A stretch of 63,104 nucleotides of DNA, filler included, from Phoronis australis (GCA_002633005.1; 6 parts of 6 records of this genome joined end to end with filler, not necessarily neighbours in it); one strand, 5' to 3'. Numbered from the whole stretch's first letter, positions 11,973 through 24,640 are shown. Made by a program: numbers and translations. Notes: generated by a model not told the origin, from the letters alone.

Positions 11973-14548
11973 CCCCAAAACAAACTTGAATGCAACACTG
12001 CTTTCAAGACCACGTGTCCTTGCACTCTTTAACATAGCCCCGTCATCATTTCAGGTATTCTTCTGAAATTTGGTATGTAGTTAGGTTTCGATATTTTCCT
12101 ATGAATGCTCTTTTTATGGATTAAATTGTTGTTCTCGGAGCTTCTTTGACGGAGTTTTCTGAAACTGGGCATTTAATATCTCTCGCCAAGGTTTACCAAT
12201 ATTACGTGCAATTTATTCCTTGATAAGACTTACTGTTTTCGAGTTGTTCGATGTCCAGTGCCCGACGATGGTACATTGACAGGCTTGTAGTAGTCGTCTG
12301 AGCTAGGGTTCAAGAGCAAGATCAACATGAAATGAATAATATGTTTTGTTCGATTGACTTAAAATTATCACATGACTGCTCGTTATTTCGAGAACAGTTG
12401 TGTTTTATTAAAAGTCGGACGCAAGGTGGCGTTGTGACTGCTATCATTATTCAAAGTTTTCTTTGCAGAGCTACGCGGCTCAAGCGGGATGGATCTTTCT
12501 AATCTTTGTACGTTGATAGATCTCGTCAAGATCTACCAGAATTGTGTTTTAGTTTTTGCCACGATTTATTCCCTTGTTGTTCGGGGTTTTCCTTGAGCTG
12601 TTCGTTTTAAAAAAAAGTTAATTGTCATATGGTGGCCTTGTCGGAGTCATTCGTCTAGTGGAGTGATCGTGAGTGGTGTTCAAGTTTTGCTGTTGTTTAC
12701 ATTGACGGTCTTAGAGATGATGACAACACGTGCACCTGCGACTTTGCGATCATTTAACAGTGCATCAGCGTTGAAGGCTGCCTTGTCGTCGTCGTCGATG
12801 TTATTATGGTCGGGCTTCTGTCGGTATTGTCGATGTTGTTTACAATGTCCGCTAGGGCATCGTGTTGATGATCACGTTGATCGCAATGAAGGTAGTGACC
12901 ATGATGCCGATAATGTCATCGTCCTTGATCTCGTCGTCACAGGCTTCGAGTGACATGTTTGTCGTCAGTGGGATTACCGTTATTGGCATAGCCTGTGGTT
13001 TTCATGTCAGCCACGCAGTCAGCCTTAGCGGCTTAATGATTGCCGTGGGTGTGTCGGCGTTGTCACCAGTGTTGTGAACAGCGCATGTCGTTTTCGACAA
13101 TACTGTTGTTGGTGTTATTGGCGGCGCTGCCGGTTTTATTGATTGTGTACCTGCCAGTTGCCCAGCGTAATAACGTTTAGTTAGGTCCCGTAGCAAAGAT
13201 CGTTGCCATGTTTACATCGGGATCCAGTGGAGACAAATCGCTAGTTGTCATTATATTGCCTTGCAGCGTTCAACGTTGAGTATAACGTCAGGTCGCCAAA
13301 TAGGATTTGGCAAAATTATCAGGTTATCAAATGGAAAATGAGCACGATAAACATGGAAACCCCATATGCGGGGGTGCGAAAGTCCTTGCCTCTACCAACG
13401 AACATGAGGCAACTGGGCGAACGTCCGCCGGACACCCAAAAACGCCTGGGTGGTTTTCTTAGTCGACCGTAAATATGTCTCCAGCCCGATGTCGACCAAT
13501 TTCTCCATCAGTCCCAGGTTCGACTCCTACCCAACTGAACACTTTAACTTTGCACGTGCCATTCGTGGACGGGTCCTTTAGGAACATCTCTGGTATTTTC
13601 GTATCTCAAATTATCCCACGGAGGTAATTCTTCAACATAACGCTAAAACCTCGTGAGAGACCGTCCTGAGTTGCCAGCTGGAGCAACTCGGGACGGTCTG
13701 GGATCAAGAGAAAAACCACAGGGTAGATCTGTGGTCGACAGATCTATTCGGTCGATTACATTTTATTGCCCGTGAAGCCGATGGTTTGGTGATAAGGGCT
13801 GCCTGAAGAAATATGACTCGCGCGTTTGTATTTTCGCCTTTTTCAACGACATGTAAAAGATTCATCAACAAATTCCTCGTAAAATTCTGAAAACAAGCGT
13901 TTTCCCCTCAGTAAAATCGATGAAGTTTTGGCCGAGATATTTCACTTTCAGTCCAGGCTAGCCCTGCACACTGGAGAATCGTCACAAAAGATTACTACGC
14001 GGTAATGCGGTTTCACTGTCAACAAAAGAAGACGTCAAAATCGCCACTGGCGATTTTGATGTCTTCCTTTGTTGACAGTGAAAATGATTTTCCCCTTTTC
14101 AGTCGATTTTCGCCAGGTGTCGCTGCGTCACAGCGCTTGCACGTTGGCATAGCACTTGTGCAGGTTGTAAACCGTGCAAGCCATTTATGTTGTTTGACTT
14201 GAAAAATTATCATTTTAATGAATAGAAATCGATGGCTTCCGTTCCTATCCATGAAGGTTAACAAGAGCAGTGGCGGATTGGGGGGGCAAGGGGATCATGG
14301 GATTCTCCCAGATTCCATTTGGCAGTTCAGGGTTGTGAATTTCTGACGGTCAAAATCCTGGCTAATACTCTGCCCTGCTCCCCCTCCCCTCCCAACTCAC
14401 AGTCCTGCATCCTGCTCTGAAGAGACATGCTCAATGATGGGATTACTATTTTGTTTTACGCTTACCGTAAGTGTTTTGACCAAAAAATCCGTTAAATGTT
14501 AACCACGTAGTTATGTGAATTAAAGTATCAATATTTGTCTCGTTACAG

Positions 14549-14620
14549 GGCCCTGTTGGAAATCCTGGGGTGCCAGGTGCACCGGGAGAATCTGGATTGC
14601 CAGGTCCGCCAGGGGTTGAG
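14549..14620 (+). CDS. Collagen exon (72 bp, GPVGNPGVPGAPGESGLPGPPGVE)
   Basis: Perfect (Gly-X-Y)8 between ttacag and gtgggt, phase 0. Confidence 0.9.
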
Positions 14621-14756
14621 GTGGGTATCTGTGGTGACGGTTGTGGTTTCGAGATTACCCTTTAAGTATTCCTTGAATAATCTAACTGAGCCCCGAACTT
14701 GAGCGAGACATATTTGTACTTGCATTTATGTTTGATATGTGCAGGTGTGGATTTAA

Positions 14757-16387
14757 AGGAGAATGCCACCCAAAAAACAACCTATTTTGTAACAATGTAG
14801 ATCGAGTAGTTCTACTCGGTAACGGCACGTTCTGTTGCGTTACCTGACACCTTACGGCAGACGGAGGTGTTGAAATTATCCAATGAAGTCATTGGTTTCA
14901 AACCCAGTCTGTTCAGCAGTTAACACGGGTTACTGGTGTCAGCTTATCACTTGAATTCATCGTTTAACATCAATAAATCATTAAACTTCGATGTAAAACC
15001 CTTAAAAATACACCGAGTTCTTATAAAAACGTATTGTTTTATTTCACTGTTATGGATTTATTGGTATCTAGACACACCGTAGCCTACAAAGTTCGGCAGG
15101 CCAATTTACCAAGGTCCGTAGCAGTGAGGAGTTTGGCGTCTGTTCGAAGATAAATTCGAAGTATTCTTCCGTGAAATACAGACAGGAGAACATAGATCTG
15201 TGTTGTTTATACTTGTGATTTTTTTGACTCGTTATCCCGGCCAGTGGCTCGGAACCCGATCAGGCCCGTCGCGGCCGCCGGGACTGGCATGAACATAAAC
15301 CAGCTTGAGTTGGAAACTAAACCTCCAGTCACGAAAAGACTATAATAGTGAGCCAAAGAAATGATTTGCACGTAATTATTTATGTGAATTAGCTACGGAA
15401 CTGAACTTACTTGTCGGGGGCCACAAGTCGGGTTCCCCTTCCACAGTCGGTCAGGGCAAAGGTTGTACAGTAACAATGATTTGAATAATGTATTTGTATT
15501 TCTAAATAAGGATTCCCTAACATGTGACCATAGCATATAAAATCGAGTGATTGTTTCACAACAGCTTTCTGTCAGCAAACACTGAATTAGCATTCGCTCA
15601 CACGACCTCGGTGCCCGGTCAATTACACGTACCTTTGTTTCATCAAAAGCCGGTAACGCAGTGGTTTATTCATTGCTGACTTCTCAACATTTGCACTCAC
15701 GAATACTGCAAAGGCATTACAAATTGTATCTAATGAGACAGACTTTGTTTCAGTTTGATATACATGTAAGCATTGGTTAGGATGAGAATAATTCATTTTG
15801 AAACAGAACGAAGAATAATGAACGTCTTCATGGCAACTTGCCCGGCGCCAATCCCGACTTGGTCAAGAGCTCACCCGAAGAACTTCACGGGTCGGATCGT
15901 TAGGTTTCACAGGTTATTAGTTCGAACCGGAATACACTGATTAAGAAATACTATAGAGGCGTCGTGAACATGCACTGGCAACGGAACGTACGGATGGTTC
16001 TTTGGTACGCCGGAATTCGTCAGAGAAATCACTGTACACGAAATGCCGGCCACAGACACGGAGATGTTTGACGGCCTTATAGTTGCCATCAACAGCGTAC
16101 CTTTCATTCTTCACTACCGCGAGGCACTTCCTAAGCATTTCGGGTTCTCGAGGAAGTCGAAAAACGATATACCCGCTTTCTTCGTTGCTTCATAGTTTGG
16201 ACAAGCGGGAACGATGGACCGCAATGTAGCAGCATTCACTCTGCAGACGAAGCACTGACGTCGCTGCGTCGTTTCTCACCTTCCTCACAGGTTAACGCGA
16301 CACCTCTCGGCAAGGTGAGGTCGACCGTATAAGGGGCGATGTGGTTAAGACGGTAAAAAGACTAATTAAATCGGGTGGCATTCTCTT
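14757..16387 (-). mobile_element. Non-autonomous Kolobok-like DNA transposon in a collagen intron
   Basis: TTAA on both sides (14753-14756, 16388-16391). 15-bp TIR AGGAGAATGCCACCC / GGGTGGCATTCTCTT with 14/15 match. Internal decayed THAP domain. Confidence 0.8.
15940..16235 (-). pseudogene. Decayed THAP zinc-finger coding region
   Basis: Across one frameshift it reads IVPACPNYEATKKAGISFF/LPREPEMLRKCLAVVK...LRVCGRHFVYSDF, matching the THAP pattern C..C, FxxP, (W), CxxHF. Confidence 0.7.
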
Positions 16388-16595
16388 TTAATAAGACAGA
16401 AAGCTGTTGGCTGTGCTACAAGACTGTTTACACTTGCAGCCTTGGAACGATGACTGACTAAAAAAAACGGCAAAAAAAGATCAGGCTCAAAATTAAAGTA
16501 ATTAAAATACGCTTTTTTTGAGTAAGCAAACTTGGTTATCGGTTCTAAAAATTGACGAAATTCTGCTGCTAATTTTGTGGAACGATCATACTATC

Positions 16596-16649
16596 CGGAA
16601 CACCTCGGGTGTTTTCGTAGCCTCAAATTATAACACCCGAGGTGTTCCA
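16596..16649. mobile_element. 54-bp mini-MITE with 8-bp target-site duplication
   Basis: Perfect 17-bp IR ggaacacctcgggtgtt (16597-16613 / 16632-16648), flanked by atactatc at 16588-16595 and 16650-16657. Confidence 0.75.
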
Positions 16650-18048
16650 ATACTATCGTACTCGTCGGCTTTTATGACCAAGAAGTAGAGCGTCACTTGT
16701 TGGCTAATTCCACTTTTTAGCCGATTCTTCAATCGATTATTGGTAATATTGGAGGCCTTTTATTCGTGGGGCAGATTACTAGCTGGACATGTTTGTCTGC
16801 AACAATCTTAACCTTACGAGCTTGGACGCCGCTATTTTCCAACATGGGTTGCAAAAATCCCAGGAACCTCCTCGGGTGCTAAGAAACTTAAGTGCACAAT
16901 TAACCCAGGACCAGATGTAAGGATAGTGACCACCCTCTGGACACCGTGAACAAGAAGAACAAAACATTGCCGCGGACATGCCGTTTCAGGGGTTAAGCGA
17001 ACATTTTCGTCGAAAATCGCGGTTATCCCTTTAGGAAATCGTAGACCCTTCAATGTCACCCAGCTGTTCACTACGTCTGGTGCGTGTAAGGAGGTCGCTT
17101 TCATATGTCCCAGAACCAATTGTTTATTCGTAATTTTAGATATTCCTTAATTTTTCTCACTGAAATGTTGATTTAAAATTCAGACTTGTGTGCATTATTG
17201 TTTCATAAGTGATCCGTCAATAAATATTTTGAATGCAAATTTAGAATCTAAAACACTTCGAAGATGGTTCTATCGTAATGCCTGTCCCTCAAAATGTAGT
17301 AGAGACTTTTAAGTCTCCACTACATTAAAATACGTTCAGTTAATATATGAAATAGTGAGATATTGCAAAATAACGAAAATTCAGTAAGTGAGGCAGTAAT
17401 TTCCTTAAAAACATGCGCTGGTAAACTTTTTAGGCTTGATAATATCAGATTTAATTTTCCCGCTTAATTTTCTTCACAAAAATTGTAATTCAGAACTTTA
17501 TGTCCGAGGGTGCACGGGTCCCATTTTCTGACTATACTAAATAAGTGACGCTCTTTTTCATGTAGTCGGTCCACAAATTCAGCAGCAGAATAACAGCAGA
17601 ATGGTAATTTTAGCACCTGTAACTATTATAGTTTATTCTAGGAAGAGTGTAGTTTCTAATAACATACGGTACCACTTTTCGAGACCTCCACTTCGGCGTT
17701 ACACGAGTATCGGATAAAGAGAATCAGCCTCCCGTCCAGTAACGCTAGGACGTCGCTAGAAAACAAGACTTCGCGAGATTACGTGAGATATTTCGGTGTA
17801 TTTTAAATGAGAACACGTGACTTTGGCTAGATATTAATTAGGTCCTAGAGTTGGTCGTAGCGTTACTGAACGCACGCCAGGTCTCCTATGTATCCCCGTC
17901 TGATATGCACAACGATATTATGATTTTCAAGCAACTTCATCTCTACCTCGCTGCTTGACCATTCTTTACATTTGCTATGTCCATGAATGGTCTTCTGCAC
18001 AAGGAACATAATGATATGAGTGTGATTACAATCTCGTTAATTTTGCAG

Positions 18049-18144
18049 GGTCCCCAGGGTCCACCAGGCCCACCAGGAAATTTTACAGATGACATATCAG
18101 CCATATTGGAAAACTCCGGAATATATAGCGCCCCCGGACCACCC
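18049..18144 (+). CDS. Collagen exon with a non-helical interruption (GPQGPPGPPGNFTDDISAILENSGIYSAPGPP)
   Basis: tttgcag acceptor, gtaggt donor, 96 bp, phase 0. Confidence 0.88.
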
Positions 18145-18321
18145 GTAGGTATCAGTTAAAGAGCGATTTTCTAGACATGTGTTTGCCCCTCAGAAAGTTA
18201 TGCAAAATCTCGTAAATGCGTGACCGTGATTTGCATTTACCTGTGAATTGATGTGTCTCAATCCATCAGAATTTTTGCATCACTGAGAATCCCATACACT
18301 TTTGAATTGCTTGATTTTCAG

Positions 18322-18354
18322 GGTCCCATCGGCAATACTGGCCCAGTAGGACCG
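18322..18354 (+). CDS. Collagen exon (33 bp, GPIGNTGPVGP)
   Basis: ttttcag / gtaagt. The last triplet GP is completed by the P that starts the next exon. Confidence 0.88.
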
Positions 18355-18874
18355 GTAAGTGGTCAACCTTTTTTCTGACATATTTTCTTGGTTTCTAGTG
18401 GTTCTTTAAATCAAATGACAACCTTGTTTCTATCAGTATTTTAGCGAACGTTCATTTTGCCAACAGTTTGCAGTCAATGTGCTTTACAGGTACAGGAACG
18501 TAAGAGACGTAATAACTTTAGTTGCTGTTCCTTTTTTGCAATTCGGGGTCGTTTGAGGGCTACCTAAAATCGAAGCACATTCCTCGGTGGCTGCACAGAT
18601 ATGCTACTATGCTGCAGGCTGCTAACATTTTCAAGGAAAGTGTACTTGCAGCCGAACGAGGCTGACATTCACAACCTTTTCATATAATCAAGCAAACCAG
18701 ATTTACCGAAAATTCTTGTAATGCGTACCTCAAAGCCGTCACCAAACCTGGCCTACCACAAAACTTAGTTAAAAAGGGTGCAAATTGGCCGCGGTTATAA
18801 TTTAACTGGTAAAGTAGTGCCAACTGTTGTTGACAGTCCCAACTATAATTTTGCGCATGCACATTATTTTTCAG

Positions 18875-19021
18875 CCTGGTCCCCGTGGAGCAACCGGCCC
18901 TGGAGGTATGCCTGGTAAACCAGGGGAGTCAGGCAGACCGGGAATAAACGGAGCGCAAGGTCCGCCGGGAGTGACGGGGCCACCCGGGCAGCCGGGGATG
19001 CCTGGACTGCCCGGAATGCCA
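18875..19021 (+). CDS. Collagen exon (147 bp, P + 16 Gly-X-Y)
   Basis: tttttcag / gtaagt, uninterrupted Gly-X-Y. Confidence 0.92.
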
Positions 19022-19893
19022 GTAAGTATGAGCAAGATTCTCTCATTCCTTGAAGCTTTCAGTTGGCATGTCATGAATGCCTTTATTATGTGCACTATTT
19101 ATCTTAATATATATAGATTATTAAATGGCGAAGTCGTTATCCCCCGTTATCTAGTGCCCTAGTGGATTTTGGAGAATTATCACCCGAGGAGCGTTAGCGC
19201 CGAGGATGATAATTCTACAAAATCAAATAATTGTTCACAGATGCTGTCAGGAACTCGCAATTTTAACATCTGTTTTGTTGAACAAATATGTTAAAGCAAG
19301 GGAATAGGCCATATTGTTTGTCTCCAAATTCGAGTACTTGCTAGCTAGGTGGAGTTACTAGCTATGGGACCAACCTTTTTACAGATAGAAGACTTCTGAC
19401 TGTAGAAAATCTTTGTTTTACATTCGACAGTAGACCTAAATTTTCTAGTCACCAGGTGACGAAAATGAACCATACCCCCTGATCTTACTGTGATGGGCTA
19501 GCATGAGTGATCGTCTATCTGTAAGGTCAATGAGTGACTAGTGACGTTGTCGACGATGGTTGGTTTTTGATGACTGACGATGATGATGTGTGCGTGTGGT
19601 GAAAACGAGTGACTGTGACCGGTGTTGGTTGTTTGTGAATGGTAGCCGGTGATGGTTGGTAGGGGTGTTTGGGTGAGAGCTCGTGGTCATGATGATGTTT
19701 GTAGACGGTGAGTTAACTCACCGATCGGCAAAATGTTTAGTTTGATCGCCCTTTCATTTATTTTGCCACAGTGTAACGAGATGTCAAACAACTCTTGCCA
19801 ACGATGGCTTTGTCATTGTTGTATTAATGTGGTATTTTGGCCTCACATTTTTCATACTTTCATACATGTAGATGCATGCAGACAGACAGACAT

Positions 19894-19946
<53 letters not shown>

Positions 19947-19953
19947 TACACAC
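19894..19953. repeat. (CA)n microsatellite
   Basis: Direct reading. Confidence 0.95.
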
Positions 19954-21931
19954 ATAGGCCTACAGTCACGGCACATTGTCTCACTTCCGCCTATAGTTAC
20001 GACATTTATTTCTGCCGTCATTTCTAACGTCTCCGACATCAGAACTTTGTGCCGCAAGTTGTAACTACGGCACGACATCGCCAACGAATGCATTAAGTGC
20101 ATACTCCTATATTTAGATAACCTTAGTTACCATCAGTCATCCACCAGATTTCCCTGTACCTCCCATCAATCACCACTCCGCATCCAAAACCCTGCACTTC
20201 CTTCAACCTGCAGTACATGTAACTTACCACTGGTCAGGAGTCGTCACCATTCGCTTTTCTCAATCATTCGTCATGATAAGTCATTTTTGATAATGACATA
20301 TGACGCTGTTCGACACAGCAACCTTCACCATCCGCCACCCCCATCACTATCACTCAATTCTCCCAACGAGAACTCTCCGCCCGGGGATCGCAACACGCCA
20401 CTCGTCACAGATCACGATCATCGTCAACAATCTCATCACCGCTCACCACGAGCTCGCTTTACTCACTACCCATCACCGCTGCGCTTCACCGACACTCACT
20501 AGTAGTCGCTGCTGTACATTGCAGGGGCGATAATAAACACACAACGGTGCACGCATGGTCGGTCCGTGACATCATCTTTTATATATTTGTTGATGCGAAA
20601 ATATATATGCTTGCTTGGCATATGCAAAACCATGGACATCTAATATGGCTGACTGTTGGGTTTTACTTCAATGAGGCCAGCATGCTTTAATCATTAACTG
20701 GAGATGACAAGCACCAGGAAGAGATAACCACTCTCTTCCTGCAAGCACACATTTTTTGCTTATTGAAAAACTCCTTTCTCAGGACGATCCCGTTTTGACA
20801 CCTGGCGCAGATTTTTTTCGAAACAAACAGTAACGTTGTTTTTCTTTTCTCTTTCTTTCAGGGGAAGGTTGGGAATTAATCGTTGTTGTTTTGAGTTTAC
20901 GGCCTGTGTTCATTTCCGTTCACCTTATTTTGCTTTAGCTGCAGTGTGTTACTTTGCTGCTATTAGGCCTACAGTCATTCATCCCTGAGTGAAAGTCCTG
21001 ACCAATGTCAAGCCAATTATTCGTCTTTCCGAATTAGTTGAAAGGACTGTTATGCACTGTGAAGAAGATTTGAGTAGGCCTACTGGCAGACGATGTTATC
21101 AATCTCAGCTTTTTAGTCTGGATTCATAAACATCCGTTTTTTGCATGGTTTCAGCTCATCCGTTTTCTTCTAACATTTTTCCTGTTTGGACTCCCATCCA
21201 AGCATGCAACGTGTTCAAGTTGGACCTGCATGTTCGTATGAGCCCATAGGCTTATTTGCACAAATAACCCTTTAAAAAAGAGTGTCTCTGAATGTTGCAG
21301 ATTTTTGAACTTTATATGGACAGGCAGAAGGTTCTGTCAAAAAGTTGCAAAGCCAAACGATTTCCCAGTTACATGTATCTGGCTTAGTATGCAAGCACGC
21401 ATCCTATCACGTAGTCAATTTTCCAATGCTCATTTCAGAGACAATTTCCACAATGGCCTAATCTTCCTCTGCCTGCGTTCTGGTATGTCTGTTTTGTGCG
21501 AGTGTTGTCGCATTTTCTTGAATCAGGTCGCGAGAGGTTGAGGCTTTTGAAATTTATATCATTGCTGGCATGCTTAGATGGTACGGTAAATCTGTCTTAA
21601 TTTTCGACAATGGAAACAGACGCGGATTTAGGGGGAGGTCATGGCCTCCCCTAAAATTCTCCAAGATACAACTTGGGGGGGGGGGGCGANGTCTTTAAAA
21701 TGTAATTTGAAGTTAAAGTGGAATGTTTTTATATGAGGAACGACTATTGTATATCCTTCCGTTGAGACAATGTGCTTATATTTGAAACAAATGCGTTTTT
21801 CCGATGACTTACAAGGGTTTATTCCCAAGCTACACTTGTGAGCGCAGGCAAGAGACCCTTGTACAAAGACTGGATGTTTCATGTCTTTAATCATTCCTAG
21901 TATTCTATAATTAACTAGTAAGAGCTGCAGT

Positions 21932-22245
21932 CCGCCATGTTTAGCTTGCTGAAAATGAAAATCGAACTAGGTCTTTTAGTCTCATAACGTTGGCCTTATG
22001 ATAGTCCTTACCGTGATAGGATTCTGTTCCCTTTACCATCTCTAGTCACAGGCAACGCGTACATGTGCCATTTTCGAATTCACAATTTTGGGGTTGGCCA
22101 ATGCCAATTAACTGTCAAGCGTTTTCTAGTCGGTGTTGGCTTCGGCGGGGTTGTTGGTAACAGACATTTAATTCTATGGTAGGACTATTGCGAGAGTAAA
22201 CGACCTAATTCGATTTTCGTTTTCAGCCAGCTATACAGGACGAAT
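21932..22245. mobile_element. Old palindromic MITE with long degenerate TIRs
   Basis: tagcttgctgaaaatgaaaatcgaactaggtc pairs with gacctaattcgattttcgttttcagccagcta. The inner tagtcct/aggacta also pair. Confidence 0.65.
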
Positions 22246-23666
22246 GCCATTTTTATCTGAAGCATGTCATCATCTGTTGTCATGGTAACTCAAGCTGTAC
22301 TTACATGGCATTAACCTTACACCTCGTTTTTACTTAATATATCGCAGTCTCACGTATGGGCGCATGACCAAACATGCGCCTATTTACGGTATTCTGTCCA
22401 CTGGTGATTGTGATGTTTCGCCTTTCCTCGGCAAGGTTCTGAATGCCGGAAATCGCCGGATATCACGAGTAATATAGTTTTGAAATTTTCTGCAGTTTTT
22501 TATAAAAATGGAAATGAACGATATCTTACAGCTATTCAGGTCTATATTATTGCAAAAATGATGTATTTTGATTCGGAAACAGATAAATTTCTATGGTACT
22601 GTAAATAAGAAAGAATTGAAAATAAGTTTGCGAACAACCATTATTTCAAACAATTACCAAAACAATTCCTTCTGCTTCATGAATGGCAGCAACAACGCAT
22701 GTGAAAATAATTAAAATCTGCCTTTGTTTTAATGACGTCAAGGCAAGGGCAATTCCCATAATCAAGCTTCAAATGGCTAAACCGACCAGCTTGGGGACGA
22801 AGCTGTAAACGCGAGAGCCGCGCGAAAACGTAAGATCTCGCAAGACTTCGTGAGATACTGCAATATTATAATACAATCAAAGCATATGGTCACCCTAGAT
22901 TCCTTCGCGAAATTCTTGCGTCTATAAAACTCAGCAAAGGTCTCGTTTCGTGCACATGGGGAGTATCACACACTGCTATTAAATTCTGCATGGTTAAGCA
23001 TAGGTTCATTTAAAGCTAGTACATGGTTATTGTACTGTTTTTGCTCAAAGCAATTTAAGTCTCTCAGAGTTCAATCACCGAGCCTCTGAGACAGAAAGAA
23101 TTCATTAGCGGGCAGACGTCATTGGGTGTTATTGCCAACTCTACGGTATTGTCACTTAATAGGTAACAATTACGTTTGCATTGATTATATACATGGCTAA
23201 ATAAAATTTCGCCGGAGCGTCAATGCATATTTTTTCATCCACCTTGAATATATTGTTGTTTTGAAGGACGGTAACATGGGTAGTACTTACGGCACAAATT
23301 ATCGTCCCTCTTGACCGTAGTTATCGGATGACCCGAAAATATAAAATCCCACTGTTTACTGATTTAGCCTGAATACAAACGTGCAGAGCGATGCGTCTGG
23401 TCTTGGTCAGCAGTCAAAGGTAATAGTCTTATGGTCAAGGAATAGAAAAAAATAGGTTGAGTATAACTATAGGTGCTGTGAAGTCAAAACCAAAAGAAAA
23501 TGCGTGAATAGAAGTCCGTGAACTAAGACATTCTACGGATGTACACAAAGAAAGACTCAGGGATTTCACAGGTGAGCAGAAACTGGGAATAAAACAAACA
23601 TGGGCGATACTAACCAGCGGTAAATAGGGTGGAAACACAGAGATCAATATGGTGAGCTAAAACCAG

Positions 23667-24115
23667 GGACATGAAAAGAATCCTACGTTGACACCGTAAC
23701 CGGTTGAGATTGGGCAACTCGACCGGTTTGCGCATCACAGATTCCGCCCGCTTAGATCAAAGACAACATGCTGTGGTAAATCAAATCGCTCCAGGCTGCT
23801 GATTTATCGTTCTCAAGATAAGGAGGACCATCATAAACACGTTGGGAGCGACAATTGTATTTTTGAATTTCCGTTGTGAAAGTTCGTATACAGCATATTT
23901 GAATAGTTCGTGAAAAGCACACGTGATCAGGTTTTTGAATTTTGAAGTTGGACAAGAAATGGGATTTTTACTACCTAAAACATTTGTTTAATTTTGCAAT
24001 ATTATGTTCCTCATTAATTGTGCTGTGTGTGCAACATAATTGGGCCAGTGACCAAACCACGAGGCCTCAGTTGGATTTTGAGGTAAGTCAAGCGTAATCG
24101 TACAATTCTTGGCAT
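23667..24115 (-). repeat. Inverted copy of the 11535-11972 repeat
   Basis: See partner feature. Confidence 0.8.
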
Positions 24116-24397
24116 GGGAAAATGTACCCGAAAATGTTTAGTCTATTTCCTGTTGGTTGTAACCGGTGTCTTTCTTCGTGCTTATCGGCAGAATGTCTTA
24201 TCCTTTCGTTTTCTTTTGTAACGCGTTTTGATTTCACGGCACGTAATGTTGCACTCGGCCTATTTTCTATTTTAATCTGTTAACATTTTCCCTACAACCG
24301 TTGATGAAGAGCGCATTGCTCGGAACGTTCGGGTTATGTCTTCAATACACGTCTTTTTATATTTTTTGTCGAAAATTGTGTGCGTGGATTCATTGTT

Positions 24398-24640
24398 GTT
24401 AACGGCGTAAGTTAATTATTCAACATGGTAAAATACCTATTAAAGGTCTAAATTAATTATTAACGGCGTGAATTAATTGTTATTGGCATAAATTTCTTAT
24501 AGTGGCTAACTTTCTTCGTTAGCCATTGGTAAACTGATTCTTATTTTTTTAAATCAATTATTAACGGCGTAAACTAAGTATTAACGATGTAAATTAATTA
24601 TTAAGACTGTGTATTAATTAGAATATAATATGTAAATTTT
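24398..24640. repeat. Degenerate ~22-bp AT-rich tandem repeat
   Basis: Recurrent ttaacggcgtaaattaattatt variants. Confidence 0.7.

Noticed and set aside
12663-13196. Overlapping short ORFs in GTC/GAT-rich sequence (also 1722-1940)
   Set aside because: Low-complexity DNA depleted of stop codons, with no splice signals or motifs.
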